Shown in pieces: positions 26,912 to 39,650 of a DNA stretch of 64,000 nt. Position 1 is the first letter of the stretch, and every line of letters begins with the position of its first letter. A program made the position numbers and the translations under genes. The notes beneath the pieces are model-generated. The model made no database searches. It saw only the letters and a list, made by a program, of their open reading frames with translations, and had not been told where the DNA came from. Origin of the DNA: Adineta vaga (Eukaryota > Animalia > Rotifera); assembly GCA_021613535.1 (NCBI GenBank), contig CP075492.1:16678001-16742000 (forward strand), read 5' to 3'.

Positions 26912-27007
26912 CACATTTTGTCTATCTATTAGGCAAGCTTAATATAGAAGAAATATGTCTGTCATCGATTTATACGTCAATAAGTAATAAGACGAGACAA
27001 ATAAAAA

Positions 27008-28054
27008 TCAATTATTTTGTGTGAAAGTAATCAGTGTCCAGCAAAGCATGAGACCCAACACTGCTTGGACAATTCTATCAGCTACTGGACTTGTTTGCTG
27101 AGCTTGTTCTACAATAGGTGTGGATACTTCCATACTATGCTCGTTCGAGTGTTCATTTGAATGATGCAGAATTTCAATAGGATTTTGTTCTTTTTGTGTT
27201 TTTTCATCTTCGTCCGTTATCTCGTATGCTAGTGGAATTGATGGATCATTATTGAACAAATCACAACGAAGTCGTATGATCAGTCTAACTAATTCATCTC
27301 GTTCAAGCTCGTTCAGACGACAATGAGCTTTTTTGATTGACTTTTTGTAGTCACGAATTATTTCATCGAAACGCTTACTAAAAACTACTGATTCAGCCGA
27401 TGCCGCTGGTTTAAACTGTTCCCCTAAAACGAGTCAAACAAAGAGTTATAGCGGTTATTAGAACTAGACAAAGGGGAAAAGCGGATTCTTTTGGATCCTA
27501 TGAGATGATGGCATACATCGTTTTCTCTTTGTCAAGATCAACGAGGGTCCAAGAAAAAGCAAGAGGATCCAGAATCCGCTTTTCTCCCTTTGGAAATAGA
27601 AAAACGTGAAATAATGAGATGATACAATCCATCCCGCTTTACTGTAAAAATATTTTCCGTGTAGATGACAACTTTATGTCGTACCAGTCGAGAATGAAGG
27701 CAATTGTTGTGATTGGCCAAAATCAATTAGCTCATCAGTGGATTCTTCGACGAGTACTTGGTTTAGGTCATAAGTTAAATTGATGACCCCATCGATGATG
27801 ATATCTAAAACGGTGTAAACAATACGCCTAGTTTTATTTACTTTTTAAATCGTATCACTATTGACTAGTTCCCGATCCGTTGAGTCATCATCATGCTTTG
27901 TACCATCATTGTTGCTTTTTGAAGCAGTCGTGTCTACCTTCCCAAGAATTTTTTTAGCCTCTTCGATGTCTTCTTGAAGATTTGAAGTTTTGTTCTTGAA
28001 GTCGCTTACTGCTTCTGTGATGAAAATATTTAAACATGTTACAATTATAAACAA
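27008..28054 (-). CDS. Unknown multi-exon protein with a C-terminal hydrophobic (tail-anchor-like) segment
   Basis: Open last exon 27423..27008 (EQFKPAASAES...RIVQAVLGLMLCWTLITF) follows a TTTTAG acceptor. An upstream charged segment lies near 27845-28020. Exon structure is uncertain. Confidence 0.4.
27469..27592. repeat. Inverted repeat with arms of about 28 bp (MITE-like or hairpin)
   Basis: CAAAGGGGAAAAGCGGATTCT(TTT)GGATCCT versus AGGATCCAGAATCCGCTTTTCTCCCTTTG. Confidence 0.7.
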
Positions 28055-30517
28055 GCGACTTTCATCTTGATGTTTGTCTCCATCCCGTTACTGTAAATTT
28101 AGGCGAATCCCAAGTCTTCTCTTCTGTGTCATTCATTCTCATTTTCTGAAGTTTTAATATTCGATTGATTCTGTTATGTACGAATCGTAGCCTCAAGTAA
28201 CAAATATCGGTTGGTGCAAAAGCATATTACGATGAATCTCGTTTTGAAAACGATTTTCTTATTGACTTTCAATTGATAAAGTTCATCACAAACAATGTAA
28301 ACATGCACGTCAGTCTTACTTAAGTCATCTGCTAAAGGAGCTTATGTTACACTCTCTTTCATACGATAAATATACGAGGTAGAACCGTTTCACATTCGAC
28401 ATTAATATACTTCTCTTATTGATAACGCTACAGATCAACATCAACAGTGTGTGTCTAACTTTAACCTCTTTTCTTATATATTATCATGTTTTAAAATCCT
28501 AGTTTTTTATTGACGAGAAATGTTGAGAGATTTTATTATTCTAAAAAATCCTGTAGGGATTTTTAGTCGTTTCAAGACGGGAGTTCATCTTATTTTTGGA
28601 TACTCATCCGAGGGAAAGACAGAACTTATTCAACTCATGAGTTAAGCATTGTAGAAGTTAAAATGTGACTGAAAGTATGTGAATAGCATGGCTGTGATCT
28701 GATGTGGGTTAAAAACCTTCGTATGAGTGAGTGATCGATGGACTGGCTATACTGACGCGTATAGTACAGCTTTTTATTTGTTTATTCTCTGATCAAGTAT
28801 ACAAAGAAAGAAATATATATTCCGCTTATAACTTACCGTTGTCTGTTGAGTCATTTGAAGTTGCAGAAAATTGTTCTACTTCCTCAATCGATTCCTATTA
28901 TAAGTGATAGATCTTCAGTTTTGTGCACTATCATTCTGAAGAACAATTTCTTACCTCCAACTCTTTGGACAATTGCCGAAACATTTCTACTCTACAACTC
29001 GACTGATCAGTCATGAAAGACCACAATTCCGTTGGCGTTGTTGTTGACAGCAAATAATAAAAGAGTCGTATGTCTGTTCTCTCGTATCAGCACCTATAGA
29101 ATGAATAAGTCAATATATCTTTATCACAACCATATAACTTTTCAGCATGATCTTGAAAATCAATAAAACACGTAAAAGCAATTTCGTCGCTGTTTTTCTG
29201 GGTATCCATTTCTCTTCTACGTCGTTGTTATAAAAAAATCGTCTATTATAAATCTATGTATGTCTTCCATTCTGCGCAGTTTAAAACATTTATATTTTAA
29301 AAAATATTTTCTTTGAGGAGTACCTAACGATGATCCTTGCGTTTATAGGTAATAAGCGGACGTATCCGATGTTGGTCCTGAACCTTCCAAACTAAAAACT
29401 TCATCCGTTAGAAAACAGCGGAAAATGCAAAGAGGGATGTCCTTAAAAATTTTCGTATATTGCAACAGTAGATCTCGCCATGTTTACGCAAGATAAGACA
29501 GCTCAGACCTTGTCTTACTCCAAATCCTAGTATTTTCTGGTGTATTCTGCTGCAACACTCACCCGTCTTTCATTGCCGTTGCTCATACCAATCCACTCTC
29601 GACTTTTCCGTGAACTTAGAACAATACCTTAGAAAGTCCAGTAATATTAGGTCATAGAAAACCATCTGGGTGAAATTTCACCTACCCTCAATTTTTTTAT
29701 GCAGGAGAAGCTTGAGCCTTCCCGAGCCTAATAACTCCACCGCCTATGTCTACGAGTCATAGAACACTTCACAATAGAGAGTTTTTCCGATCAGTTAGCA
29801 AAGATCAGCTACTAGTTCCTGACTGCAACCCGAGTTTCCACTCGAGTCCTCAAACAGATCCAGGCAGGTTTAGAATTGTTCGAGTTACCGGTTATTTAGA
29901 ATCCAATGAATGTTCTCGTTCTTAAGAAAGTGTGAACCCATAGTAACGTGTCGCAAAATGCAAGAAAAACCATGATTTACCAAATGAGCATGCTAAACAA
30001 ATCAACAAAAAAGAATTGTGCCATAAGATTCTTCTATTTTTGGTTTCTTTGAGGAAGCTTGGTCTCTATCTATTAGTAGTGAAGTTTTTATTACATTTTA
30101 CTACTGTCTATAATTGATCACATCTGAAATCTTTCCAACCGGGATGCAGATCTAGACACGACGACCTAGAATGGCCATACTTACGCTCAGTTTCAAAGTC
30201 ATACCTATACCGGTATCCTGAACTTTCGGGTGATAGCGCGAATTCGTTCACCAGTCAAGATATTAGTATACATGGATCAGAAGACTCTTTCAAATAAGTA
30301 AATATCTACTGTGTGTTTACCATTTTTTAGAAAAAAAGGACTCGCTGTATTTATTCATCTATAGTTCTAACCTTGATATCATTTTCGAAAGCGCGGAAAA
30401 TCGTAGTCAAACAGTCTCAAACTGATAATAGTCTCGATATCCGCATCTAATATTTTATTACTGTAACTATCATTAGAAAACTAGATAGTATATCACACTT
30501 GTAAATTTCATCGAAGT

Positions 30518-33089
30518 ATGGCACAAAACAAATGTTGTTCTCTTTCATGCTTTGGACGACCAACAGTAGGTGAAACAATACATGTATACACTCACTATAA
30601 TTTTTTATATGTAGCATGATTCTCCAGTTAGATATCTTGAACAGTCACAAAAATTGCCATTAAATGAAGATACAATAGTTAAGCCACTTCAAATGCAACT
30701 AAATACCCTTCAAGTCGAACGATATAGGCAATTTTTCAGAGAATCGTCACCACCATCGACGGAACAAGTTAATCAAACTTTTGTCTTAGAATTTACTGAG
30801 TCGTTAACCGTCTTAGTTGGCCCAAATAATTCAGGAAAATCAAGTCTATTGAAAGCATTAGAGTTGTTCTGTAAAGCTGTCAGGCAAGGAAGTGGTACTT
30901 ATGATCATAAACAAACAAAAGAACTGCTTGGTATTGACGAAGATCTATCCGAAGTTATCTTGCAGGGCACTTTTACAGTTCATTATCAAGGTTCACCTAA
31001 GACAAAAAGGTTAGTACTGAAAGTAGTGCTAATTAAGTCAAATCTTACCGCTGAAAATATTGAATTGCATGTGCAACCTGGAAAACAGCATAGGAAAGAA
31101 AAGACTACTGTAAGTGTCATAGTGATAGAACCATCATCAAATGATATCGATGGAATCAATATGCAACAGCTTTGTTCTTCGTGTTATACTGATTATGATA
31201 TATTCCGAGATTTATTTCCACAAGTTGTATCACTCAATACCAAGAGTATTTTTAATTGCTCGCTAGATGATCTATTCAAGCAAATTCCAAACATTCGAAA
31301 ACGACGACATGAGATCAATGAGGAAATAAGCAAAATTTTTCCTTCTTTTCGACTTGATTATAAAGAAGAAATTCTTGCCAAACAAGATTCTTCCTTGGCG
31401 TGTTTCCTAGAAGAAAATGTAGATTTAGAAGAATTCGGTATCCCATTATTAACTACAGGCTCAAAAATAACAATCGGAAATGAAATTATTAACCAAAGAC
31501 TAGACACAACGACTCGTTGTAGTGAGGGTGTACTAAAATGCTTATCCATGATTATAGCCATATGTTGCGCAGATCCCCATTCAATTGTTATCATTGATGA
31601 GCCCGATGCTCATGTGTTTCCAAATGCACAACAACAATTAATCAAATATTTTTATCACAGAATGGCAGACCTTCGACGTTCGAATTTATTCTGCCAGATG
31701 ATTATTACCACACACTCAACTGATATCATGCAAGCAGCCAAAATAGAACATATTCGACAAATATTTGTCAATCCAAGCGATGATAGACCAATTGGCATTC
31801 GATCTTTGGCTGGAACTCGTCATTTATTCGAAGCAATGGGTAGTCTGGGAATGTCTCTTTTGAGTCATGGAGAGTTTGTTCGTTTGGGTGTGCATAAAAA
31901 AGTTTTAATTCTCGAAAATCGCAGTGATTATGATTTCTTACGTGGCTTGATAAATCGAAGCAAACCAGCTTTACTGAATTCTTCGTTTACAGTGATAGAT
32001 AAACGTGGATGAACGAATCCAACTGAAATTGAAAAATTCATACACTTATTTCGGCAACTCTTACCAGACGAAGCGACATTGTACCTCTTTATTCTGGTCG
32101 ATGCGGATTTGAGGGAGAAAAGCACGTTGCAACAAGAAACAGAACTGTACAATGATCTAGAAAAACAAACATCTTTACATGTTGAACTAGGATATCATTG
32201 CTGGGACGCTCGTGAATGGAAAAATTGGTTACTTTTCAATGAAGATCTACTTTTTGAGATATTATATGACAAGGATATGTATCTTAAAGATCCAAATATC
32301 AGACAACTTCGACATCAAATACGAACGCATCGTTCAGGAGAATCCATTTTCGCTGCAGATGAATACTCTCAGCAGCACTCGTCTACAAAGAGAAGAGAAT
32401 TATTTAACTCATGGTTGGACATAGAACTGCAACGTCATTTTCAAATATTATTAACAGATCTAAACATTAGCCAGATGCAAGGTATTGAACGTATCGATAC
32501 TAGAGAAGAAATGAAATCACAAGATGAGATGTGTATACAATTTTTAAAGCGCAAAAATATTGACGATGATACTATGAATAAATTCCACCCTCATACCAAG
32601 AAGATTAAAGCAGTGATTGGTGAAGAATTACGAAAGAAAAGTGGGGATTACAAACAACAACAAGAAGAAAATAAACGACAACAGCGAGCCTATTCAAAGA
32701 TAGAAAATCGAGCAAAACAAAACCAGCCGAGTACGGCCATCAATAAAACCAATAAAAATACAAAAAGAAACGAAGAACAAATGCGTCAGGATTGGTTAAA
32801 AGAACGAGATCTACCAGCAAAACCGAAAGATATAAATAGAAATATCAGGCAGGCAGCAACCAAATGGATTGATGCGAAATTATTTTTTCAACATTTAACA
32901 TCTGGCATGAATAGTGGAAAGGCCAGGGGTTTGGATAATCATTGGAAAGCAGTGTTTGCAATGGGAGACTCAGAAGATAATCTATTTGAACGATATTTTC
33001 ATACACTTGATCCCCAAAATCTACAGTTATGGCCACAAGATTTCGATCGCTTACTCGAAAAATTCGAAAGATTTGTGAAAGAATCATAA
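30518..33089 (+). pseudogene. OLD/GajA-like ABC-ATPase + TOPRIM nuclease with one in-frame TGA (pseudogene or read-through)
   Basis: Walker A GPNNSGKS, signature-like CSEG, Walker B IIDEPDAH, H-loop IITTHS; TOPRIM motifs VLILENRSD and FILVDAD. ORFs 30654..32012 and 32079..33089 are in the same frame, separated only by TGA 32010-32012. A 5' exon 30518..30565 is followed by a 49-nt intron 30566..30614. Confidence 0.8.
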
Positions 33090-33351
33090 TATCTTAATCA
33101 AAAATTTTTCCATCGAAGTTTACCAAATCACTGCATTAATATCAATCTATATACTAAAAAGCGAAAAACAAAGCAAATACTCTCTAGTTTCACTCTAGAT
33201 TAGTGTAGTGTGATATTTCTAATAAAGTAGATTGTTTATCACATGTTTTTATTTAAATTCATTAGGTATGCCAAACTGCATCTATCTACTTAAACCACAG
33301 ATTATTTCCACATGAATTGTTCACTCGTTAATATATACTTGTACGATCTTG

Positions 33352-33396
33352 TGGGTGTGGGTATATCTTCGTCACTTACATCTACACCCACACCCA
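33352..33396. repeat. Telomere-like palindromic element, copy 8
   Basis: Perfect 11-bp inverted repeat TGGGTGTGGGT (33352-33362) / ACCCACACCCA (33386-33396). Confidence 0.9.
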
Positions 33397-33613
33397 AAAA
33401 ATTGAAATCTCTCTATTCTATTTATTATTTATCGGTTTGATCACTTACGATGATCATAGGAACGTTTAGAACAATTTGTCTTGCTGCAATCAATTACAGC
33501 ACTTTCCATTATAATTGGCATCATTGTGATAAAAAATACAATGAGTAAGTACTTCATGATTTTTTCAGAAAATTAATGGATTGATCGATAATGCATACAC
33601 AATTATTTAACAG

Positions 33614-33670
33614 TCTTGAGGGTGTGGATGTGGGGATACCAAGATAATACCGACACCCACACTCTTAAGA
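33614..33670. repeat. Telomere-like palindromic element, copy 9
   Basis: TCTTGAGGGTGTGGATGTGGGG ... GACACCCACACTCTTAAGA. Confidence 0.88.
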
Positions 33671-34410
33671 GCGCAATTATTGTGTGAGAATGAATATCTC
33701 AATTCCTTTCACTTCCGTGTAACGAATCACATCAGTGAGGAAATATTCCCAAGACATATCAAATAAGTTACCCAGAATCCGGTTAAATCTTAACTACCTT
33801 CTGTCTCGTACTCTCCTCGGTTTCGTCGAATCCTTCTCGATTGTTTTCTATGAGTGGAAAAAAGTGTCACAAACAGTTTGGTGACGTTAGCTATAACACA
33901 GATTCAATGTATATCGAACAGACAAATATTATTCTTTATATAAGCAGATGTGTGACTCATGTACCAGTAGTCTTTAAAAAAAAAGTAACTACAACAGAAC
34001 AAACTGAATACTGATATGAAGTAAAAACTTGGAAAAAACCCAAAATAAAATAAAAATCTAAGAAGAAAAGATTGAGAGAGCAGAGTATAAAAAGTTTGAC
34101 CTCTACTTGCATACTTCGTTATCAAGCAAATTCAAGATAAAATCGAAGACAATTTATCAAAAAGTGAGTTAGACTTTTTGATTTTTCATTTAGACTAAAA
34201 AACGTTTGTTTCACCAGCAACTATATTTTTACTTTTTAATAAACCTTCATCTTATTTTCCTTGAGACATAATACTTTCATTATGCTTCTATCTTTCGATT
34301 ACTATCAAATCGAATATTCTATTACCCTCTCAATCAATATTTCCCATTAACTTTTTATGCTAAATTTTTACAGAATTATAGTTTTCTAGATATATTGGTT
34401 GACTTGATCA

Positions 34411-35382
34411 ATGACTTCATCAGTTCGTACTACGAATGATCGAAATCTGTTAGTAGCTGGCATATCTGCGATTCTAGATATCCCTCTACAATCATCATCA
34501 CCTGTTAATCAATCTGTAAAACCAACAAAAGTTTCACTATCAGATTATCATCGTAAAACATATTCCTACGGTCAAGTAGGTAATACACTTATGGATTTGA
34601 GAACATCTTCAACGAGAAATTCCAGAAATAAAGTGAATCAACAGATAGAATTATATACAAAAACGTTGACTGGACAAGATATAACAGTTCAGGTAGACTC
34701 GGACGGAACTACCGATGATGTCAGAAATGCGTTACAGATTACGAACAGTGTAGCGACCAATCAATCCAGTGTCATATTTGCCGGTAAGCAATTGAAGAAC
34801 GGAAGACAATTGAGTGGATATGGAATACAAGATAAATGTACTGTTCACGTTGTACCTCACTTACAAGATGGAAGTCCAACAATTTTGGATCCTGAAAGCA
34901 TGGATCCACAATATGATCATGACTTCTCAACCACTAAAGATAATAACAAAGTATTTACGAGAGGTTCAATCAAATATGTTCGGCCTTGTGGATGGAAACG
35001 TTTTGCAATTAAAGTATCCGATAAATTTGAGAATATGATCTGGTTAGGCCAGAGTAACAGTGAAGGCGAATGGCCTGTGTCATATCATGGAACTGGTTTT
35101 CATCAAGATAGAAGTATTGCAATGGACGGTTATGATTTAACAAAAGGAAAAAAATTTACATTTACATATGGTGTATATTCAACGCCAGACATAGAAGTAG
35201 CTGAGAAATATGGTGTCAAGTTCTCATATGGCAATGAACGATATTTAATTCTATTTCAGAATCGTGTGAATCCTCAAACATTAATGAAACTATCAGCTGA
35301 CAACAACGGTATGGGTGAATATTGGGTGAGCCCTACAGACAAAGATATTCGCCCGTACGCAGTTTGTATCCGAAAACTTTAA
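34411..35382 (+). CDS. Ubiquitin-like domain fused to a PARP-like (H-Y-E type) ADP-ribosyltransferase domain
   Basis: Ubiquitin-like KTLTGQDITVQV...VIFAGKQLKNGRQLSGYGIQ; ART motifs WPVSYHGT, GVYSTPDIEVAEKY, QNRVNP, EYW, DIRPYAVCIRK. Confidence 0.85.
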   Translation: MTSSVRTTNDRNLLVAGISAILDIPLQSSSPVNQSVKPTKVSLSDYHRKTYSYGQVGNTLMDLRTSSTRNSRNKVNQQIELYTKTLTGQDITVQVDSDGTTDDVRNALQITNSVATNQSSVIFAGKQLKNGRQLSGYGIQDKCTVHVVPHLQDGSPTILDPESMDPQYDHDFSTTKDNNKVFTRGSIKYVRPCGWKRFAIKVSDKFENMIWLGQSNSEGEWPVSYHGTGFHQDRSIAMDGYDLTKGKKFTFTYGVYSTPDIEVAEKYGVKFSYGNERYLILFQNRVNPQTLMKLSADNNGMGEYWVSPTDKDIRPYAVCIRKL

Positions 35383-36521
35383 ATAGCATATTTATTCGCT
35401 TTAAATAAATGCATCTTCAAAATACAGACTAAAAAGATACTTATAAATTTAAAAAACAAACTATCTATTCATATTCTTTTCTTATGATTATTGCAACTGT
35501 TGAATGAAAAATAGGATATTGTATTGTAGGTATAGCATCGTTTATTACTTGTGATGTTTATCATGTTAATTCACGAAGTGTTTTATGTGGTTGTTGTAAT
35601 ACAGAATTATGTAATTCAATTGGTCATCTTTCATCACTAATGATCAGGGGAATTGTTCTTTCTCATTTTTAAGCAATAAAAGATGTTGATTATAAAATAG
35701 AAATATTCATTTAACTTATAGAGAATTCTCTCTTCTCTTATCTTGATTTTTGCAGATCGCTGTAAAGACTTTTTGCAAGTTTATTGGTCTGTCATATGCT
35801 TTGTTTATAAAAGAAAGGAACATTAATATGCTTGTAACAGCTAGCTTGTATGAAAATTTTAGGCTGACTGGACCAAAAATGAACGGTTTAGACATATGAA
35901 AGATTAGTTGTTATTTATGTAAAAAAGAAAAGTTTTGAAACTGAATAAAATTCATGTCACACTTGATCTACATCTCTACCCAACAAAACCTCAAGCATGA
36001 CTAACAAATAACCAACTAAAAATTACCACATTTTGAATTAGTCACGTTCTTTTTTCTTATATTTATCCTCAAAATTTTATAACTTCTATATCTCTCAAGT
36101 AAAGTTTGTCTAAAGACTCTTTCACGATAGAAATTGAAAAACATAAATATATCCTTTTGAATACAAATAGAAGGGAATGGATGGTGTTTTTTCTTCTCAA
36201 TTTAATTGATTTTTTATCACATAAAAGGTGACTCTTACTTCTTTTTATGATCAAATAATTACAGACAGACCTTTTGAATATGATCTATTGATTTTTGAAA
36301 ACATATTTTCAAGTATGAAATATCAAATTGATTAAAATAACGAATATTTTAAAAGAAAAAACCTTGAATCAATATGTAAACAGAATTCTAATTAGAAAAA
36401 CACATTAATCAACCCATTATATTATAATGACATTTACGTATATTATACTCATTTATTTTCTACTTTCTTTCTGACAAGGAAAAACATATTCAGCGAGTAT
36501 TAACTTGTGTTTAACAAAAAA

Positions 36522-37125
36522 ATGCTTGGATATCGACAACCTCGACCATACGGTCGTCCACCAATTGGTTATGGAGGAAGATTAACAAATATTGATTATA
36601 AATGGAAAGCACTTTGGCCATTTCTTGTCTCGATAATTATTGGTGCTTTGATTATATTATGTGGACTTCTTGTTTTCGTTTTAGAAATTGCAGATTTAGG
36701 TCTTCTTGGTAAAATTGGTTTAACTCCAAGTCTCTATGCAGCTGCAGTTGGAATTTGGTGTGGAATATTTATTATAATTGCTGGTGTTTGCATTGTTCTT
36801 ATTAGTAAATAATATATAAGATATTCATAATGCGAATTTTTCTTTATATAATTTAGGTTGTATGAAAAATGTTCGTCGATGGGCATTTATTGCATTTTGT
36901 TTAACTATTGCTGCTACTGTTTTTGCAATTATTGATTTTGCAGTCAATGCTGCAAGAGTTGATGATTTAAGATCAGCTGGTTGGTTTGATAGTATTTATA
37001 CAGATTATAAAAGTGTAGCTGGATTAATAGCGGCACAACTTGCATTTGGTATCGTTGCATTTCTTCTCTGTCTTGCCTTTATTGGTGTTTATATCTATAT
37101 GTACTTCAAAATTAAAAAACGTTGA
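36522..37125 (+). CDS. Four-TM (MS4A/CD20-like) membrane protein, 2 exons
   Basis: Four hydrophobic helices and GIWCGIF; a 52-nt intron 36805..36856 joins the two ORFs in frame. Confidence 0.8.
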
Positions 37126-37821
37126 TCAAATCTAATGAACAATCACAAGACATGAATTTTTTCTCGTTTCATTTATTCATAATTTTCTCTAGTTTAATAA
37201 ATGAAACAAATAGAATTAATTATTTCGGTAAAAGATATAATCTCTAATGCCGCTGTCAATTATGAATTGGTTTATATCATTAATGAGAGCGTGATCATCA
37301 AAGAATATGATAATTATTACTGAAAATAAAATCTTTCGGACAAAGAGTACCTAAAAATATAATTGGAATTTTTAGTCAAATGATTTTCCAAGGAATTTAT
37401 TAATTAGAAAGATATTTTCTTCAAAATAAATACTTTTTTTTTCATATCAAACAACTGACTTAAGCCTTCCTGCCCTCCTTCATACTCAAAATTCATACAA
37501 CGTAAAATGAGAAATAGACTAACTGATAGAAAAAAAAAACTTCCTATTACCCCGCATTCTGAGATGCTCTGTTAAACGTCGGTTAATCGAGCTGAAAATT
37601 TTTATCAAGTCCCAATATATGCTCCTATAATTTTAACCTATTTCGCCATTAATTACTAAAGTTATATTCTTTGAAATCTATATCTTCAATCTAAGAAAAC
37701 GTCATTCAAAAATAAAAATAGATGTTGTAATTATCTAAAAAGTACATTGTTCTCTTTCATAATCTCACTTATATAGTCTTGAAAAGAGAACCGATCTTCT
37801 CATTTTTCTATTGATATATTC

Positions 37822-38799
37822 ATGGAGAAGAATGATGAAATGTCAAGAATCTTAGATGCTAAATTCTCGATTATGGTTATCTTATTAAGTATATCTATTC
37901 CATGTTCAATTTGTATTTTTATTTATTTCTATCAACTACGAAAGAAAATTTCAATTCATCAACATTTATTAACTTTTATATTAGTTCTTTTCTGTTTCTT
38001 GGATATGATCATTAATTATCTAATTGCTTTGTATCAGAACCGAAACCAAAGAGTTATTTCTGAAACATCAAGTTTTTGTGCATGGTGGAACTGGTGGGCT
38101 TATTCATTAACTATTGCATTAGTATGGGTTGTTGCTTGTGGTTCAATTGAACGACATTTACTTATATTTCATAATACTCTTATAGCAACACGAAAAAGAC
38201 GATTCTTTCTTCATATTCTACCAATGTTAACTGCAATTACTTACTCTTACACATTCTATTTCATTGTCATTACTTTCCATTCATGTGAAGACTATTGGGA
38301 TTATAAATCTGTAAGTTCTATGAAGCTCTTCTAAATTATTTCTACATTGATGCATTTTATTATTTTTCCTTAGCTACTTTGTCTTTTACCATGTTTTATA
38401 TACAGTGAACCTACAGTTGCATTATATGATTTTGTAATGCATACAATAATGCCATTAAGCATAATAACTGTAGCCAATGTCGCTTTAATTGTTCGAGTAT
38501 TAATGCAAAAAAAGAATCAACAAAGAGATTGGCAACGAAAATGGAAATTAGCGATATATCTTATATTAATTGCTATCTTTTTTATGATTACTTGGTATCC
38601 ATTAGCAATCAATAGTATTATCTATATGTATACATCATCATCAGTATCGACGAATTTACAAATGAAATATTTCTTTTCCCTTCCGAGTTTATTAGAAATG
38701 ATACTTCCGATCGTTTCATTATTTTTTCTACCAAATTTTAAAAAAACAGTTTTTAGATTCCGACAAATCACTATTATCCCGCAAGCTTTTAATCGTTAG
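37822..38799 (+). CDS. Rhodopsin-like (class A) GPCR, 2 exons
   Basis: Seven TM segments, SIERH at the end of TM3 and WYP in TM6; intron 38311..38373 preserves the frame. Confidence 0.88.
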
Positions 38800-38827
38800 A
38801 CATATAGCCAGCTAGAAGAGGTTAGAT

Positions 38828-38893
38828 TTGAGGGTGTGAGTGTGAATGTAGGTACTTCTTCTTTAGCTTCACCTACATCCACCCGCACCCACA
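38828..38893. repeat. Telomere-like palindromic element, copy 10
   Basis: TTGAGGGTGTGAGTGTGAATGTAGGT ... ACCTACATCCACCCGCACCCACA; about 30 bp past the GPCR stop. Confidence 0.85.
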
Positions 38894-39364
38894 ATCAATA
38901 GATTTTGTAAATGTTGTAAGACGTCATCAAATTCTGGATATGTGATTAACAGTATTATTATACTTATTTATTTTGGATCTATCAATGAATGTTATTTTCA
39001 TCAATCAGTATGCCTACTGATCATTGACGCAAATAGAAGAGTCATAAACCTAGTACTTTAATTTTTGTGAAGAAAAGAAAAAAAGAAAAGAAAAAGAACT
39101 ACTATATATATTATTAATATAAACATTATAACATGTGAGTGGAGAGACCACTTTTTTCTCTTATAATATATTAAAAGGAAATTATACACTTTTATTACAC
39201 AAGCTAAATATAAAATATCTACGTCATACTGATATATGTACTCATTAATATTTATTTCTTTGACGTCAATATTCAATCTTAATCAAGAAGAAAAGCCTAT
39301 AAATACTCGAATATTTACATTAGAAAATAACATACACATTTTAGCATAAACTTACACAATAGCA

Positions 39365-39650
39365 ATGTCTTCTTCTCAACAACAACAACAACAAAGTCCA
39401 TATCCTCGTAAGTTAATGTCGACAAAGATGTATATGTAATATGACAATACTGATTATTTATTTTGTTTAATATTTTCTAGCTCCAGATTATGGTTCTGAT
39501 CGTTGGCAAACTGATCCTTTCAATCTTGCTCCAGCAGCTAACGCAAAACCGTTCGATAATGGCAGGGGAAACGGTCAACAAACATCACACAAAGAACAAA
39601 CTTATACTCTTCCCGGTGGTACTACGACGTATACCGAATGGAGTGGTTAA
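39365..39650 (+). CDS. 70-aa hydrophilic microprotein (2 exons; not in the ORF track)
   Basis: Exons 39365..39407 and 39481..39650 are joined across GTAAGT...TTTCTAG: MSSSQQQQQQSPYPPPDYGSDRWQTDPFNLAPAANAKPFDNGRGNGQQTSHKEQTYTLPGGTTTYTEWSG*. A TATAAA-like sequence lies near 39298. Confidence 0.75.

Noticed and set aside
29660-29750. GGTGAAATTTCACC palindrome and a GC-rich end (CTCCACCGCCTATG) resembling a transposon terminus; similar GC patch near 47428
   Set aside because: No matching partner terminus was found in the window.
7273-32012. Stop-codon reassignment as an explanation for the in-frame TAA/TGA codons
   Set aside because: Intact genes here terminate normally at TAA, TAG and TGA, and the same loci also carry frameshifts.
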